From contig OZ296650.1 in NCBI GenBank assembly GCA_965655095.1, positions 58,528,001 to 58,592,000 of the forward strand: a stretch of 64,000 bases of DNA. The letters run 5' to 3'. This stretch comes from Haplodiscus bocki. Taxonomy: Eukaryota. A program made the position numbers and the translations under genes. The notes beneath the pieces were generated by a model. The model was not told where the DNA came from, searched no databases, and was given only the letters and a program-made list of their open reading frames with translations. This document shows, piece after piece, positions 12,951-25,900 of the stretch (the stretch's first letter is position 1; each line of letters begins with the position of its first letter).

Positions 12951-13700
12951 TTTCTCTTTTAAGCTACCTCTGCACCCCTATCGTTGCTAATTTTCAGACA
13001 AAAAGCTTGAACCAGGTACCATCATGCACCTAGAGTAAAAGCGCGGTTAATCCAGACGTCAACTTTAGTTGCCAATGTTTCAGAAATGTCATACTTTTCG
13101 GGTCAAGTGTTTTTAAAATAACTTCTGTCTTTGATCATGATGTTGTGCCAATGTGTCAGTAGACGCTGGCAACCACTAGATTCCTTTCTTTATCAAGTTT
13201 GAAAACGACGTTGATAAAATGGGGTTTTGCCCAGTCTCGAAATTGATATATCTTACTAACCTACCTCCCTTTTGGTACTCTACAACAAATTGTGACTGGT
13301 GTTAACAAGCTTTCTATACCTTCGTTTCGAATAACAGATCAGAAAAAAACTGGTAATTTCAGTACCGCTGGCATAACCCACACTTTTTGTATAGCCCTAT
13401 CGAGGCCTTGTTCAAGTGAAATCTTTTCGAGCCATACAACTTTCATCATTCTTCAAAGGATCCAGAACTCAGTGACTGTAGGTTTATTTTGTCAACTGAT
13501 ATATTCTTCTTCGGTCCTCGGCCATAAAGACGGATTAACTCTACATAGATTTTCAGATTCTTCATTCAGGTGCACAATATCCATTTTTATTATTTAGGAT
13601 GCTTTCAATTTTCCCGAGAAGTTATTTCGTCTCAATTGAGTACTTCTATTTTGGTTTTCCAATCATCAGGTATTGTTGACGCAAAGCATTTAAAAGCTTG
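12950..13700 (-). pseudogene. Polinton rve integrase #1 remnant
   Basis: QKVWV..GTEIT (~KKIWVDKGTEF) at ~13360-13390; N-terminal ISVDKI; C-terminal RKYDxSE (~SKYDLPFRKG). Confidence 0.65.
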
Positions 13701-13779
13701 TACTCGCTTGAACCTTTCAGTTTAACCTTGCGTGTGTGTTTTATTTCTTCAAAATCATTATAACTTCTTCCTTGTTTTT

Positions 13780-14220
13780 TTTTGAGTTTCGATTCCCATT
13801 TTTTTTTGCTTTTTCACTGAACCAGTTACTTTAAGCTTTTAAGACCATCACCTGTTGTTGCAAATAGAAATGTAAAAAATGCATATCTGATGTTGTTGAT
13901 ATCCAACCCATTCATCTTTACACCGTCCACTCCGTCAGTACATCTTATAAACTCCCTGTCGTGTCGGAATTTGTGGAATAGGAAGCTTGCAAAAAAAAGA
14001 CTGTCCCTTTGTCTCACTCCCTTTTAAACCGGAATTGCTCGAAAAATTGATTTTGTTTTCAGAATACGGCTGTGTGGCTAAAACAAAGTCCTTGCTTTTA
14101 ATTCAATTCTTTGTTCATAGAGTCTCGGTTGCTCAATTTTCGAGGAAGACCCAGTGTTCTACTGGATCAGAAGCCTTGCTTCAGTCCATCAAGCAAAAGT
14201 AAATCTTGACGGTCATCTCA
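13780..14220 (-). pseudogene. Conserved adintovirus ORF upstream of the integrase
   Basis: DGVD...NIRYAFFTFLFATTG resembles the LDGVET...DIYFTLLDAAG family recalled from adintovirus-like Polintons. Confidence 0.35.
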
Positions 14221-14278
14221 CTGCAACTTTCTGCTACCGTCTCTTAAATACCAACCATATTGGCTTTCAGTGACCGAA

Positions 14279-14335
14279 TTTTAATGAGTAGAATGAGTAG
14301 AACTTTTTACTCATTTTAATGAGTAGAATTTTTTA
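14279..14335. repeat. Short AATGAGTAGAA direct/inverted repeat cluster with palindrome TACTCAT-TTTA-ATGAGTA
   Basis: Read directly from the sequence. Confidence 0.7.
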
Positions 14336-15384
14336 ACTTTTTGATGGAGGTTCGTTGTATCGCTCATGTGTCTTATGGTTCGAGACTCCTTACAATCTTG
14401 TGCTTTAGGTTTCTTAGTTAAGGATAACTTTAGCAGTATAAAGTCAGAAGGAAATGAACAAGAAAACACCGTGTTGATGTATGTATTTCGTTAACCCAGA
14501 AAACTGAAAAATTACAAGTAAAAGAACTAATGTGCCAAATTTTCATTGAAAGGACAAAGAGGCGGGAAAAATTTTCTTCCACCTTCATGGGGAAGAAAGT
14601 AAAATTTTCACCAAAAAAAAATCAGTAAACCGAAATCGACACTTATACATGAAGTGCAATTTGATTAATCGTTGGGCTCAAAAATGCGATTGCAAGAATT
14701 CAAAGCGTTCTAATTTTGACACCCAATCAACGGGTGCTAAAGTGATCACATAATGAACTATAACTGTAGCTAAATAGCAACCATTTCGGACACAACAACA
14801 GTCTGCAGTCAGTGATTTTTGACTTGCGCTACACACAATTGTCCTGTACAATAAATAGGTTGCTCAATTTTACCTTGACTTCATAAATAACATATTCTTC
14901 ACTTTTCTAATGAATTTCATGAACTGAAGTCAATATCATAATCAAGCCAAATTCCTTATTCCACACGTTTTTGTGTATCACTGATTTTCTTTCTAAACTC
15001 ATTTGTCATAAAAACACTTTGGTAGGGCTGAAGCAAACAGAATTCCCATCAGGCACGTAACTCTGATTGAAGATTCCAGTTGTTTGGGTGAGTCTTGTGG
15101 TGATGGAAAAAAGAAATCTCCGCTCACAATTGCTCGGATGAATAACAGTATCAAGCAACGTCGACAGGGAAATTGAGGCCATAATTGAACCGTTGTCATC
15201 CCTGTTGGAAGTAATGATAAGGTCCAATAAAAAACTTACTGAAAAAAATTCTGCTCATTCGAGCATAGAGAATACTGCCTCAGAATGGTCAGCCTCCCCA
15301 AGCCGACGTTCCCTCACCTCTTAAAGGTCCTTAATTTAAGGATTCGAAAATCGAAAGTCATTTTGCGAGTCGAACTTTTTACGT

Positions 15385-16050
15385 GAGCCGCCGTTATTTT
15401 TCCAAATTTGCCCATATTTCCGCCTTTACCGCCGCCATGATTCTAAGATTCGCCGATATTCCCTTGCAGTAGCACATTTTTGGAAAAAATTAAGATCGGT
15501 GGTTTGTTGTGAAGATGCGCCGGTAGTGTCGCCTATGCCTTAGAAAAAGAATTTATGATAACGTGGTCTAAGTGTCATTTTTCAAAATATTATCCGGACG
15601 GAATCCTATGAACATCGAAGATTCTTTACGATAGAAATTCAATCGACTCGATGTACTTTCAAAGATTTTATACCAGAAATTTGTGGATGAATTTTGTCTC
15701 GAAACAAGCAAAAAGCACTTTTTGCTCGAAAGACCGTTATCTTCTTGTTGTTTATCATTTTGGGAACTGAACAGATTTTTTAATCAGAAGGTTGAATCTC
15801 TGAACTTTTCCAGATTCAACTTCTTTTTCAATTTGCAATGTCTGAAAAGTGGTATCTTGGCTATTGTTGGGTTCCACCCAGAAATGTAAAACACATCCTG
15901 GAAACACCTTTTGAACAATAATAAAATCACCATAAAAAGTCTGTTTACGGCGGAGTTTTTGGTACGAAAGTCCAGTAACCGCCGCTAATTTTTCCACAAA
16001 ACGCCGGTAACCGCGGCAATTTTTCCACGAAATGCGGATTTCAGCCACTA
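15385..16050 (-). repeat. GC-rich repeat with a ~31-bp unit (GCGGCGGTxAxxGGCG...GGAAAAA)
   Basis: gtaaccgccgctaatttttccacaaaacgccg / gtaaccgcggcaatttttccacgaaatgcgg at 15975-16037, plus a related motif at 15388-15437. Confidence 0.6.
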
Positions 16051-16375
16051 TTTGCTACGAATTACCGGGATCGTTCGTCTTTTTTCGTCCGCCTAAGCAG
16101 CTTTATCGTAAAAAAAATTAGGGAAGTAAATTTGGCCCGTGAAAAAAAAACCGAAAACAGTTAGCTTCGGAACTGTATCTTCGATTATACTTCTGTAATC
16201 GAGGGTCTTTAAATTCAAATGCAAGTGGAGAACCTAAAATGTTTTCTTCGATTGTGTCAACAAGGTTTTTTCCATATCCAGTATGCAGATATATTGAAAG
16301 AAGTTCGGAAACTTGCCATTTTTTGATGAAATTATTGCTTAACAGTGATATTTACAATGTGTTTTTCAGCTGAAA

Positions 16376-16984
16376 TCATTGAAGGACTGTGACCAACATG
16401 TCCACGAGGACAGTGGCTGTGTGATTAGTGTGTGTTTGCCAGTCAAAGCGTGTTTTTGGGACCGACAACTCACTTACCTCGTGCTGAATGTTATTTCGAG
16501 TCTCATCATTTACATTTGATACATGTAGTACATTGTTGTTTCCAGATATGTTTTGAAAAGAAGCATTAATCCCTACATGTTCCCTGCGTTCTGAATTTGC
16601 TGTAACACTGGTCGCATTTTGTCCCGGAGACGCCTTTTTTGACCTCATTGCCAATTCAATCATTGGAGCAACAATGCTTTCGGTAGCGGTCAAAACTGCG
16701 TTCTGGATTCTGTGTTCAACAGTATCAACAATAATGCTCATATCTCTGTCAATCCTTTCATTAAAGCATCTTTCCAAGGTTTTCAATTTCACTCTATTTT
16801 CATTAGTCGCTGAATTATCACTAGGGGTACCCACGGTAAAATCTTGGTCACCAATACCTTCATTGACTATAATGTTTTCTTGTCTTTCACTAGCAGCATT
16901 GCCAAAAATGATATCCCGATCGAAGTCATCTAATTGGCTAAGCAGCCATCTGGTTGACTGTCCTTTCTTGCGAGTAGAAACCAT
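16376..16984 (-). CDS. 202-aa ORF starting inside the LTR (putative Gag N-terminus), read through into flank
   Basis: MVSTRKK...LSQLDDFD...RIQNAVLTA..IVAPMIELAMRS...QTHTNH stays open to the LTR end at 16420; the last ~14 codons are flanking DNA. Confidence 0.55.
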   Translation of the reverse strand: MVSTRKKGQSTRWLLSQLDDFDRDIIFGNAASERQENIIVNEGIGDQDFTVGTPSDNSATNENRVKLKTLERCFNERIDRDMSIIVDTVEHRIQNAVLTATESIVAPMIELAMRSKKASPGQNATSVTANSERREHVGINASFQNISGNNNVLHVSNVNDETRNNIQHEVSELSVPKTRFDWQTHTNHTATVLVDMLVTVLQ

Positions 16985-17293
16985 GTTTGCTTCAATAACT
17001 CAATTGTACTTGAGACTGCAACATTAACAATAACACAAGAACGTGATGATAAATTAAAATACAAAACTCTTGAGAGTTTTAATAAGTCAAAAATGAGGGT
17101 TGGAAGTTTGAATGAATGGTTGAGTAAACTGTCTTTCAGAATAATATTTTTCTTCTGATTTCGGCTTTTGGTCAGTCGTGGGTCACCCTTTCCTTCTTTT
17201 GACCTCATATTCGTTGACCAATTGGGTGGCCCAATCCACTGACGTCATATCTGCAACTCTATTTTTAGTTAGAACTTCGAAGGGCTCATCACA
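16420..17293 (-). mobile_element. Solo LTR (~874 bp) of a Gypsy-like family
   Basis: Terminal inverted TGTGA...TCACA; a CCAAT box and a perfect CRE (TGACGTCA, 17240-17247) in the U3-like end; no PBS follows; no clear TSD. Confidence 0.65.
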
Positions 17294-17883
17294 TTGTGTC
17301 ATCACGACATCATATTGAAAATAGCATAAAAGTAAACATCAAGGGGGGGAGATTTCGAAAAATGATGACAAGGAAAAAAATAATACGAAAATATGGATAC
17401 ATACTGAAAGTCAACAAAAGCATGTTTGCATGTCAGATTTACATCATGGAAATCCTGGTTCAGGGGTTTTAATCTTCCTTGCTGCCTTTGGTTCGAGTGA
17501 CGGAGGTGTAGGTGGTCATGCATGAAAGAGGAATTTTTAATATTACAATATAATCTGAGGCTTCATTATGTGGTCAATTTGTCGTTATAATGTACTAATA
17601 AAGACAGAAATGCTGTTATCAGACTTCATGCACAGGATTGGCTTCACGTTGATGTATGGTGAAAACATGGTCACTATGACTGTCTTCTGACCGAATAATG
17701 ATTTCACTTGGAATTCGGTGGTTATGAGTTCTGGATAATTTTGCATCACATATTAAGTAATTTTATACTTTATATATTACATAGCGGCGTCTTTTATTTA
17801 ACCACTGTCATACTTTTGTATTTGCCGCTTCATTTTGCCGTAGTTCGCTCTTTGTTCAGAATCGACCGCTTGCTTTCAGCAAA

Positions 17884-17981
17884 GTGGTCAAAAGTAGGTC
17901 TTTGTCACCAACTTTTGACTACCCTCCAGCAGTGCAGTTGTTTGGTCAAAATTTTGACAAAGCTACTTCTTTTGACCAATC
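17884..17981. repeat. Double hairpin of GGTCAAAA/TTTTGAC(C/T) inverted repeats (MITE-like)
   Basis: gtggtcaaaagt...acttttgactac and ttggtcaaaa...ttttgaccaa. Confidence 0.55.
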
Positions 17982-17999
17982 AGAATTGAGTAAAAGATT

Positions 18000-18199
18000 N
18001 NNNNNNNNNNNNNNNNNNNNNNNNNNNNNNNNNNNNNNNNNNNNNNNNNNNNNNNNNNNNNNNNNNNNNNNNNNNNNNNNNNNNNNNNNNNNNNNNNNNN
18101 NNNNNNNNNNNNNNNNNNNNNNNNNNNNNNNNNNNNNNNNNNNNNNNNNNNNNNNNNNNNNNNNNNNNNNNNNNNNNNNNNNNNNNNNNNNNNNNNNNN
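18000..18199. other. Assembly gap (200 N)
   Basis: N run. Confidence 1.
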
Positions 18200-18263
18200 A
18201 ATAGAGGACCAGGCTCACAAATAACTGCTTGGTTCTTCTTCTACTCCTTGCCATTTTTAACTG

Positions 18264-18330
18264 ATCTGAGTTAACTTTACTACGGAAAGATCAACGACAT
18301 ATTAAGTTTTCACATTCACATTTCGAAATT
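18264..18330 (+). repeat. Dispersed repeat, copy 1 (copy 2 at 20622-20690)
   Basis: gatc(a/t)acgacatattaagttttcacattcacatttc is shared by 18289-18324 and 20648-20683. Confidence 0.85.
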
Positions 18331-19784
18331 CATTTTTTGATGAAAAACAGGCATATCGTTTTCTAATGGGAGCTGGCTAAAAGCAAGGTCAACTGCTGCA
18401 CCAGTTGTTAGTTCGTTTATAGTGAATAGACGGAAGAAAAAGAGGCCTGAAGAATCATCTCACCAAGAATTTTTTAAATCAAATGCTTCATTTTCTCAAG
18501 TTGAATTAAACCTACGAAATGCGGCAAGGAACGTTTCTAATTTTTGGGCAGTGCGAATTATTTTTTCCTTCGTTTTAAGGAAATCATGACACCAACGCTT
18601 TCTAATTTTAAATCAACTGTCCCTCAATCTCAATTGTAGAAAGTGCGCATCGCGAAAGTACATTTAATTTTTTTGGGCTCAATAGTTCAAAAAATATGCA
18701 ATTTGTGCAAGTTTGCGCAAGGGGAGAGCTAGTGTTCTGCTCTGAAACATCGACAACGTTATGAAACTAAAACATTGGCCTCTCCTACCAAGAGAAAACC
18801 ACTGCTGATTTTGTATCTTCTGGTTCATGATGAGCAACACTTTTAGCGCCGTGCTTTTTCTGGTTGCTTTCCATTGCTATCGCTCAATTCCTTTGTTTGC
18901 GCAGGTGCACGCATTTTTTTCATGAAGCAAAAAAATCCCATTATCGATTCTTTTCTTTGTCCAACCGTTTCCCTCAGGTATTGAAAAAGGGAATGTCGTT
19001 GTGCCTCCCTCTCCTCTGCCGTTTTTGTGACGTCATAAGACTGCTTCTTATTTGAAGTTTTCCTCAGAATTGAGATAAAATTTTGTATTGGATGACCTAG
19101 CTAAGTATTCTTCTTAGACCGATGATGCCTTGATGTAAATAAACAGCAGTTCATTTATTTTGGATGCTTACGTCACGCAAACACACGGAAAAATGAGTTG
19201 CACTGAAACGAAACCTTGCAAAAACTCTGAACAAATATTAATTGGCAGTTATTGGTTTTCACACATACCTGTTATTTTGACGTTATTATAAATTTACAAG
19301 CAGCAATACAGTGATTAGAATCTCAGTGACTAGCGGCTCAGCCGGGTAGGTGGGGAAATTTATTGGAACATTTTCAGAATTATTGATCTAAACAAGTGAA
19401 TGTACTAAAATATGGATGTACCCTGATCGGAGAAGCATACAAATTTTGAATGTTACATGCATGCAGCCAGCCAAAATATTTTTTTTTATAAAAGAAGGAA
19501 AATTCTACAAAATCTTGTAAAAGTTTGAGACCAATTTCTAACGTATGGATGGAAAAAATTGAAAGCAACATGGACACTTTAGTGAGAATTTTCATGTTTG
19601 AAAATGGTCGCTTCTAGAGGAAATCTCGATGTATCTTGCAACTGGGAATCTAGAATCTTCGCATCTTGCATTCTTGAAATAATCTTAGGATTCTAGAATG
19701 ATCACTTGGTTATAACATCAGCTTAAGGCTGGAAAATCCAAATGACGCTACACCATCAGAAATGAAACTCCTCGTTTGAACCTT

Positions 19785-20389
19785 TTAGTTATTGATAATT
19801 TTATTATTTTTCGCACTATATATAATATACAAGAAAAATTATTCATTCAGTACAGTGTACAGTGGGGTCAATTTTTTTTATCTGACCAAAACTGCCAACT
19901 CTTTTTATTCAAAAATAAATGAGAGCAGTATGGTTAGGACAACAGCGTTCTCAAGCAGTAGGTTATGGGTTCGAGTCTCTGTCGTGCCAAATATTTTTAC
20001 GACTCATCCTTATCATTTTTGACGCCCCAAATTAGTGAAACACTAAAGGGTTCCTTTACGAAGTTTTTCGGCACTGTGAGACAAAAAATTTCGACGGAAA
20101 ATCTTGATACCCCCTCCCCCCTCCCCCTCTCTGATGCATAAAAGTTTTCGCTATCCGAAATTTTCTGATACACCGAAGTGTTCCCCAACAAAATTTTTCG
20201 GTACTGTGAGACAAAAAATTTGAACGAAAAGTCGTGCATAGAATATAGAAATCAGTGGTGGAATTGATGTTTGTAGAAAACTTTCGCAAACTAGATTTTA
20301 AACAGTAGTCTCGTTTTTAACTGTGGGCAAATGTTGAAATATTTCTATTCCTGCGAAAAATATGCCGGTGCTAGCCGGCCATCTTGTTT
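19785..20389 (+). mobile_element. Non-autonomous Helentron/DINE-like element with an internal tRNA-like segment and minisatellite
   Basis: TT-flanked 5' TTAGTT; 3' hairpin GCCGG-tgctag-CCGGC (20364-20379) followed by CTTGTT; ~130-bp internal duplication (ttttcgg.actgtgagacaaaaaattt at 20064 and 20194). Confidence 0.55.
19918..19989 (+). ncRNA. Degenerate tRNA-derived sequence (Glu-CTC-like), not a functional tRNA
   Basis: TGGTTAGGA D-loop-like motif, TTCTCAA loop, B-box GGTTCGAGTC (19968-19977), 3' CCA; the acceptor stem does not pair. Confidence 0.5.
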
Positions 20390-20688
20390 GAGTATTTTCT
20401 ACAAAAATCGATGAAAACATTTCTTGGTATCGGTCAGCATCGACAAACATCTTCTCTTATCTTTAAGCCGCTAATTTTGACAATGAAAAATCTTTACAGG
20501 CAAAAATATCGTGAAAACTCGGCCATACGTGTCGCTCAATCAGACCCTCGAGTAAATTGATAACTGAAGCACCGAATTTTCACTTTGGGTCTGCATTGGC
20601 TAATAGTTAGTTGATTGAAGGGATCCCATTAAATCTTACAACCGAATGATCTACGACATATTAAGTTTTCACATTCACATTTCTGAAA

Positions 20689-22768
20689 TTTTTTTGCTCC
20701 GAAATCTTTTGTAAATTTACAAAGCAGCTGTTTTTGCGGAAATTTCATGTCAAAAAATGATGGAAAAACCAAAAAATGATCAAAAACTCATGTGACGAAA
20801 CAATTCGCATCAAAATTCAATTTGTGGTGAAAGCCACTAACGCTCACTTTCGACAAAACAAAATTCCTAAAACACCCAATGTTTGCCGCAACAAAGTTTC
20901 GGAAAATCAAAAGCAGTGTTGAAGGGGCTTCTTTTGGCTCATTGTTATCATGAGGGTGCGTAAAAAAGCGTGTTGCATTAATCATAACGCATTTTGCATT
21001 ACAATTTCAGTGCAAAATAAACAAGTCGGCTCTCCATTAGTTTCCGGTATTTTTGAGTGGAGTCCACGAAATAAAAAGAACCGTCAACAATTACTTGGAG
21101 CCCCCAAAAGATTTCCCAATTGGATTGCAACTTTTCACTTAAATACACTTCGCTGGATTTTCTACTTGTGTCATTTTTTCAAGTGCATCATGAAAGAAAA
21201 ACCTTAAATGGAAAATTTCTACAAAAACAGTTTCAGTTTTTTTCAATCAAATAAAACGATATGCTTCCCAGGTTGAGCATCCATTCATAATCATCCAAAA
21301 CCTATCAATGGCTCAAAGCTCGCAGTTGTATGTAGAACCACTATATAGATCAAGGCCCAAAAAAGTTCGTCTTTTAAAAATTTAGGAATTTCATGCCAAT
21401 TGAAACGAACTAAGTGATATAGTAAACGCCCCGAAAAATTTACTGGAAAAGTTGAACCCACAAGCGTTGTTTTTCAGATTGTAGTGTAAAAAATATAAAA
21501 ATGAAGTCTAATGAAAAAGAGTTTCAAATGAAAAACTAATGGTCGTGCTTATGGCAAAAAACATGCTGGTTATTATAAAATGTTTTCAATTGCTTTCAAT
21601 TGTGAAAAAAAGTGTGGTATTGTTTGTTGTTATATCTTCAACACGTGGCGGCTTGCAACAATAGATTAAAAAGTTAGTTGATACGCCTAAAATTTTTTTC
21701 CTTCTATATGAAAAGTAACACCCATGGTATCATCTCAATGGATGAACAACAATAAAATTTTCCTAATGAAAAATTTGTTTTGAATTATTAACAAGAACCC
21801 AGTCGGACAGTGATTTTTTCCGTCAGAGGGGCACAAAACGATTGATCAAACATTCATAAAAAACAAATTGGACTTTTGACTATGGGGAAAAATCCTCAAA
21901 ACAACACTTTAAGTCACATGAACCCCAAAAAACAACCAAAAACAGCAAATAAACACCAAAAACCATTAGAAACAAAATCTACTCAATATTATTACTCCCA
22001 AAAAACAATGAAAAACGCCACACAAACTTGAAACCCAGCTTGACGCCCTATGCCCTAATTTCAACGTTTACAGGTGACTCAAAACTTTCGAAAACTTCCA
22101 AAATCACGCTAATACTTGAAATGAAACCAAAAAAGAATAACTTCATTTTGCCGAAAGCAAAAAAAATGACGTGTTTTTAGTGCATTGTTTCTCTTTGCAT
22201 TAAATGCAAAATATCGCTTCCATTTTTAACTAAAAGCGTATATACACACGCTTTATACCAATAGAAGAAATCAATCCAAACCAAAACAATTAGTGTTTTA
22301 AATACAGCGAAGACCACACTTCAAGCGAGCCCATTTAAGAGTGAAAAGAATAGTGGTTTTTTTCTCTGCAAAAAAAACATCGGTTGCGCTGGTTAAGAGT
22401 AAAAGCATACATACATTTTCAACCACTCCAGTGTTGCCTCCTATAGCATAGATGTAATGTCCTTGACTGAAGTTAGGCCTTTGGCTGGATAGTTTGTGGT
22501 TTCCATCCTGGGAGAGTCCTTTGAGCTGTCTGAGTGTCCCATTGTTTTTGTCTTATGCGCTTGCTGTAAGAGGAAAATCATCAAGCCTAATGTTCCTAAA
22601 AAAACATGATCACTGCTGAAAAGATATAAGTAGAACGGACTCCCAATGGGCTCATATCTCCTGTTTTTGTTTGGAAAACTGACTTGGCAGGAACCAAAAA
22701 ATTATCTATAGTTTTAAAGATAGTTTTTTGCTGGCGAACCAAACATCTGTCTGTAAAACAATTTTCAT
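20689..22768 (+). repeat. Left arm of a ~2.1-kb inverted repeat
   Basis: Reverse complement of 29598-31768; coordinates sum to 52378 in the core; twin 85-aa ORFs at 20950-21207(+) and 31171-31428(-). Confidence 0.97.
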
Positions 22769-22989
22769 AAAAACCTCTAAAGTCCAGCTAAATTATAAAC
22801 TTCATAAAAAATCTGAATACAAAAGTGTGAAAAATCATTTCATAGAAAATTTTTATAGAGAGTATATAACTTGTACAGCTTGTGGCTGACAGCATGAACG
22901 GTCTAATGATATTAACCAAAGAGTAACCAACAGGCATCTGGCAAGAAGTAGAGAACACTTTTGCCAACAATGTATAAGAACTGTAATAT

Positions 22990-25900
22990 TGCCGGTTAAA
23001 AAAGATCATTTAGAATCTGATGAACAAAAAATTACAAAAAAATGTTGTATTGTGAAGCCTGCGAAAAAAATTAATTACTCTAATCCTTCTCAAATCAAAT
23101 CTACTGCTCCTTCGAAAAAAATATCGACTTTAGAAAAACTGACGAACACACTGATAGAAAGTTTATATTTGATGATCTAGTTGTTTACCAATTAGATAGC
23201 ATAGTTTAAGAAACTATTGAATATTGTATGAAAAACTCCTACAGATTCAAATGCAAATAAAAAGTTAAAGTAAAATTTGCTCTAGGATAAAATGGAGAAG
23301 ACCAAGTTTAATATACGATAGTAAATAGTTGTAGAAAATTACACGAACCAAACGATGAAAAAAAATAAATTAGATGTCAAATCCATAGTTATGAACAAGG
23401 AAAAATGGTTTTAGTTTTGATAGTGTAATAAAATTCGCAACAAAGTGGTTTAAAATCCTTGGTAAAAGAGCTTTTAGTTATTGCATATTACCTATGCCAT
23501 ATTCTAATTCAACATCTGTTATCCCGTAAACATCCGTAATACAGCAGAAAAATACTGTTTCTGGTGCTGTATTGTAGCTTATTTTCATGAAGTAAAGTAT
23601 ACGTTTTGAACGAGTGCCACTTTACAAAAAACACTATACAAAACTTACCCTAAGGAACATACAAACCCCAATGAAAAACGAAGATGAACCAAAATTTGAG
23701 AAATTAATTAAACTCAACAACAAAATTTTGAAGTACCATCATTCAGAATTTTTACTAATATACATAAACAAAAAACTAATGTGAAACACAAACAGATCAA
23801 GTAACGTACAGAAACCATTATTGTTTGATAATAAAACTTACAAAACTTTTGTTAGATAAACAATTTGTAAGCGTTTTTTGTAGTTGATGAATAAAAACAT
23901 ATGCAGGCCAATCGCAACTAGAAAACCATGTGCAACACGTGTTGAACAAGAAATTTGTACCACATCATACTCGAAGCCTAACTAGTAGAAAGTTTTTTCG
24001 ATTGGCATATGAAAGTAGACCCACCAATATGAATAGCTGCTGTTTTCGAATGTAGAAAGATTCCAATGCACGATCCACTTCAGAACATATTATTTGTGAA
24101 AAAAACCATTAGAAGTAGGTTACAACATAGTAAAAAAGTCATAATATGAAAACTTCAAATTGGAAAAACGAGGTTTTCTAAAGTTTTGTGAAGAAGTTGA
24201 TGTTGAATGGATTCCAAGTGAAATGCTATAAACAAAGACGAATATGAAGCACTAATTTGAAAATAGGTTTAAATTATTACCCATTACAATGCCTAATAGT
24301 GAATATGAAAAAAACCTATGTTGGTTATGTGAGAAAGAGCTTTAGAAACGAAAACAGAAACAAAAGTCCAGTTTATTACAGTCAACGTCATCTAATAGGT
24401 AAATTTAGAAGATTAGCACAGAATAAATTTAATCTAAAAACACGAAATAAAATATGCTTCAATTGTACGAATTTTTCCTTTTTTTTCATCATAAGATTGC
24501 CATCTCAGTTTTGAAAACTTGGAAAAATTGCAAGAGAAAAAGATATTGAGATAAAAGGAGATAATAAGATGGCTAAATCATCAGAAAACTACTTATCTGT
24601 CAAATTATGATGTTTAAACATCTTAGATTCTTATAGAGTTTTGAATGCTGGCTTCGATGAATTATCTGCAACAATAACATCAATCACAACTTTAGATGAG
24701 AATGGATTGGAGGATGAGTTATTTCATAAAAAAAGCCTTCCCCTTCGAAGAATTTTAAATTCATGAATAGTTTTATGAGCCAAAGAATTTGGAAGAAAAG
24801 ATTCCTTCTCAGCTTCAGAACAATGTACACCAGATGATGAGTAAACAACAAAGACTCAAACTATGTATGAAAATTATAATATCACCAACGGCAAAGATCT
24901 AACGATGATGTATCTGAAAAACGATGTGTTATTGTAAGCAGATATATTCCAAATTTTTTTGAATACATATAAACCTGCATATGGTAATAATCCACTTTTT
25001 TCATACACTACTCATAGTTTCACATAGAGAGCTGGTTTAAATTGATTTGGACTATAATTAGATTAAATAACGGACGATCAACTCAGCACTTTACCTGAAA
25101 AAAAAATATGAAGGGTGGCCCTGTTTCGATAATGGGAAATCGATATGTAGGACCAAGTGGGAGAAAAAAATACAATTTTGGCTTTTGAAAATATTACATG
25201 GAACAAGTATGTGTCACTACTTACCAAAAGGAAACTTTGATGAAACTGAAATCACTGAGAAAAAAATTTTTTGAGATCAGGTATACACACTAAAGCTGAG
25301 CAAAAACATGATAATTTATAGAATGTGATTTAAAAAATCCACCACGAATACAAAGAAAAATTCCATTCAAGTGAGAGAAAAAAAAATCAAATCAAAAGAT
25401 TTTTCAGAATATATGATGAAAACAAAATCAAAACAACCCAGCACAAAATTGACTACGGATCGAAGGATTGGCCAAAAGTATCTATTACAGTATAGAAACT
25501 TCTAGGTTTATAAAAAAAATGGAAGCAAAATTACAAAAATCTGAATTGTTTTTCATATAAAACAATCACCATGGCTAGCGAAACTTATATAAAATAGTGA
25601 AGATCCAAAAAATAAGGCGAAATCCAAATCTGAAATTGTCTTTCGCAAAAATACTGACTAATGCTCTCTAGAGAAAAGTAAAAAGGAAAATAGATAAACG
25701 TATAAACGTTGATTTGCTAACTAAAAGGGATATAAAAAGAAGTAAACAGACAATCAAAATAACATTTAACGTTATATTTGGAAAATTTGAGATTTTTAAT
25801 TTCCCTGATTTGATAGAGGAAAAGTTTTTTCAGCCAAACCTATTTAGGAAGGGTCTTTTGTTAGAGTCATCCAAATGAGTATCTGTGGTAATCAAAGAAC

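Noticed and set aside
17884-18254. ORFs spanning the N-gaps (also 61265-61507)
   Set aside because: Artefacts of translating N runs
19918-19989. Functional tRNA gene
   Set aside because: Acceptor stem is unpaired and the sequence is embedded in a repeat
20950-21207. Twin 85-aa ORFs MRVRKKACC (also 31171-31428) as real duplicated genes
   Set aside because: Their identity follows from the DNA repeat; conservation with the third copy fits the opposite strand better
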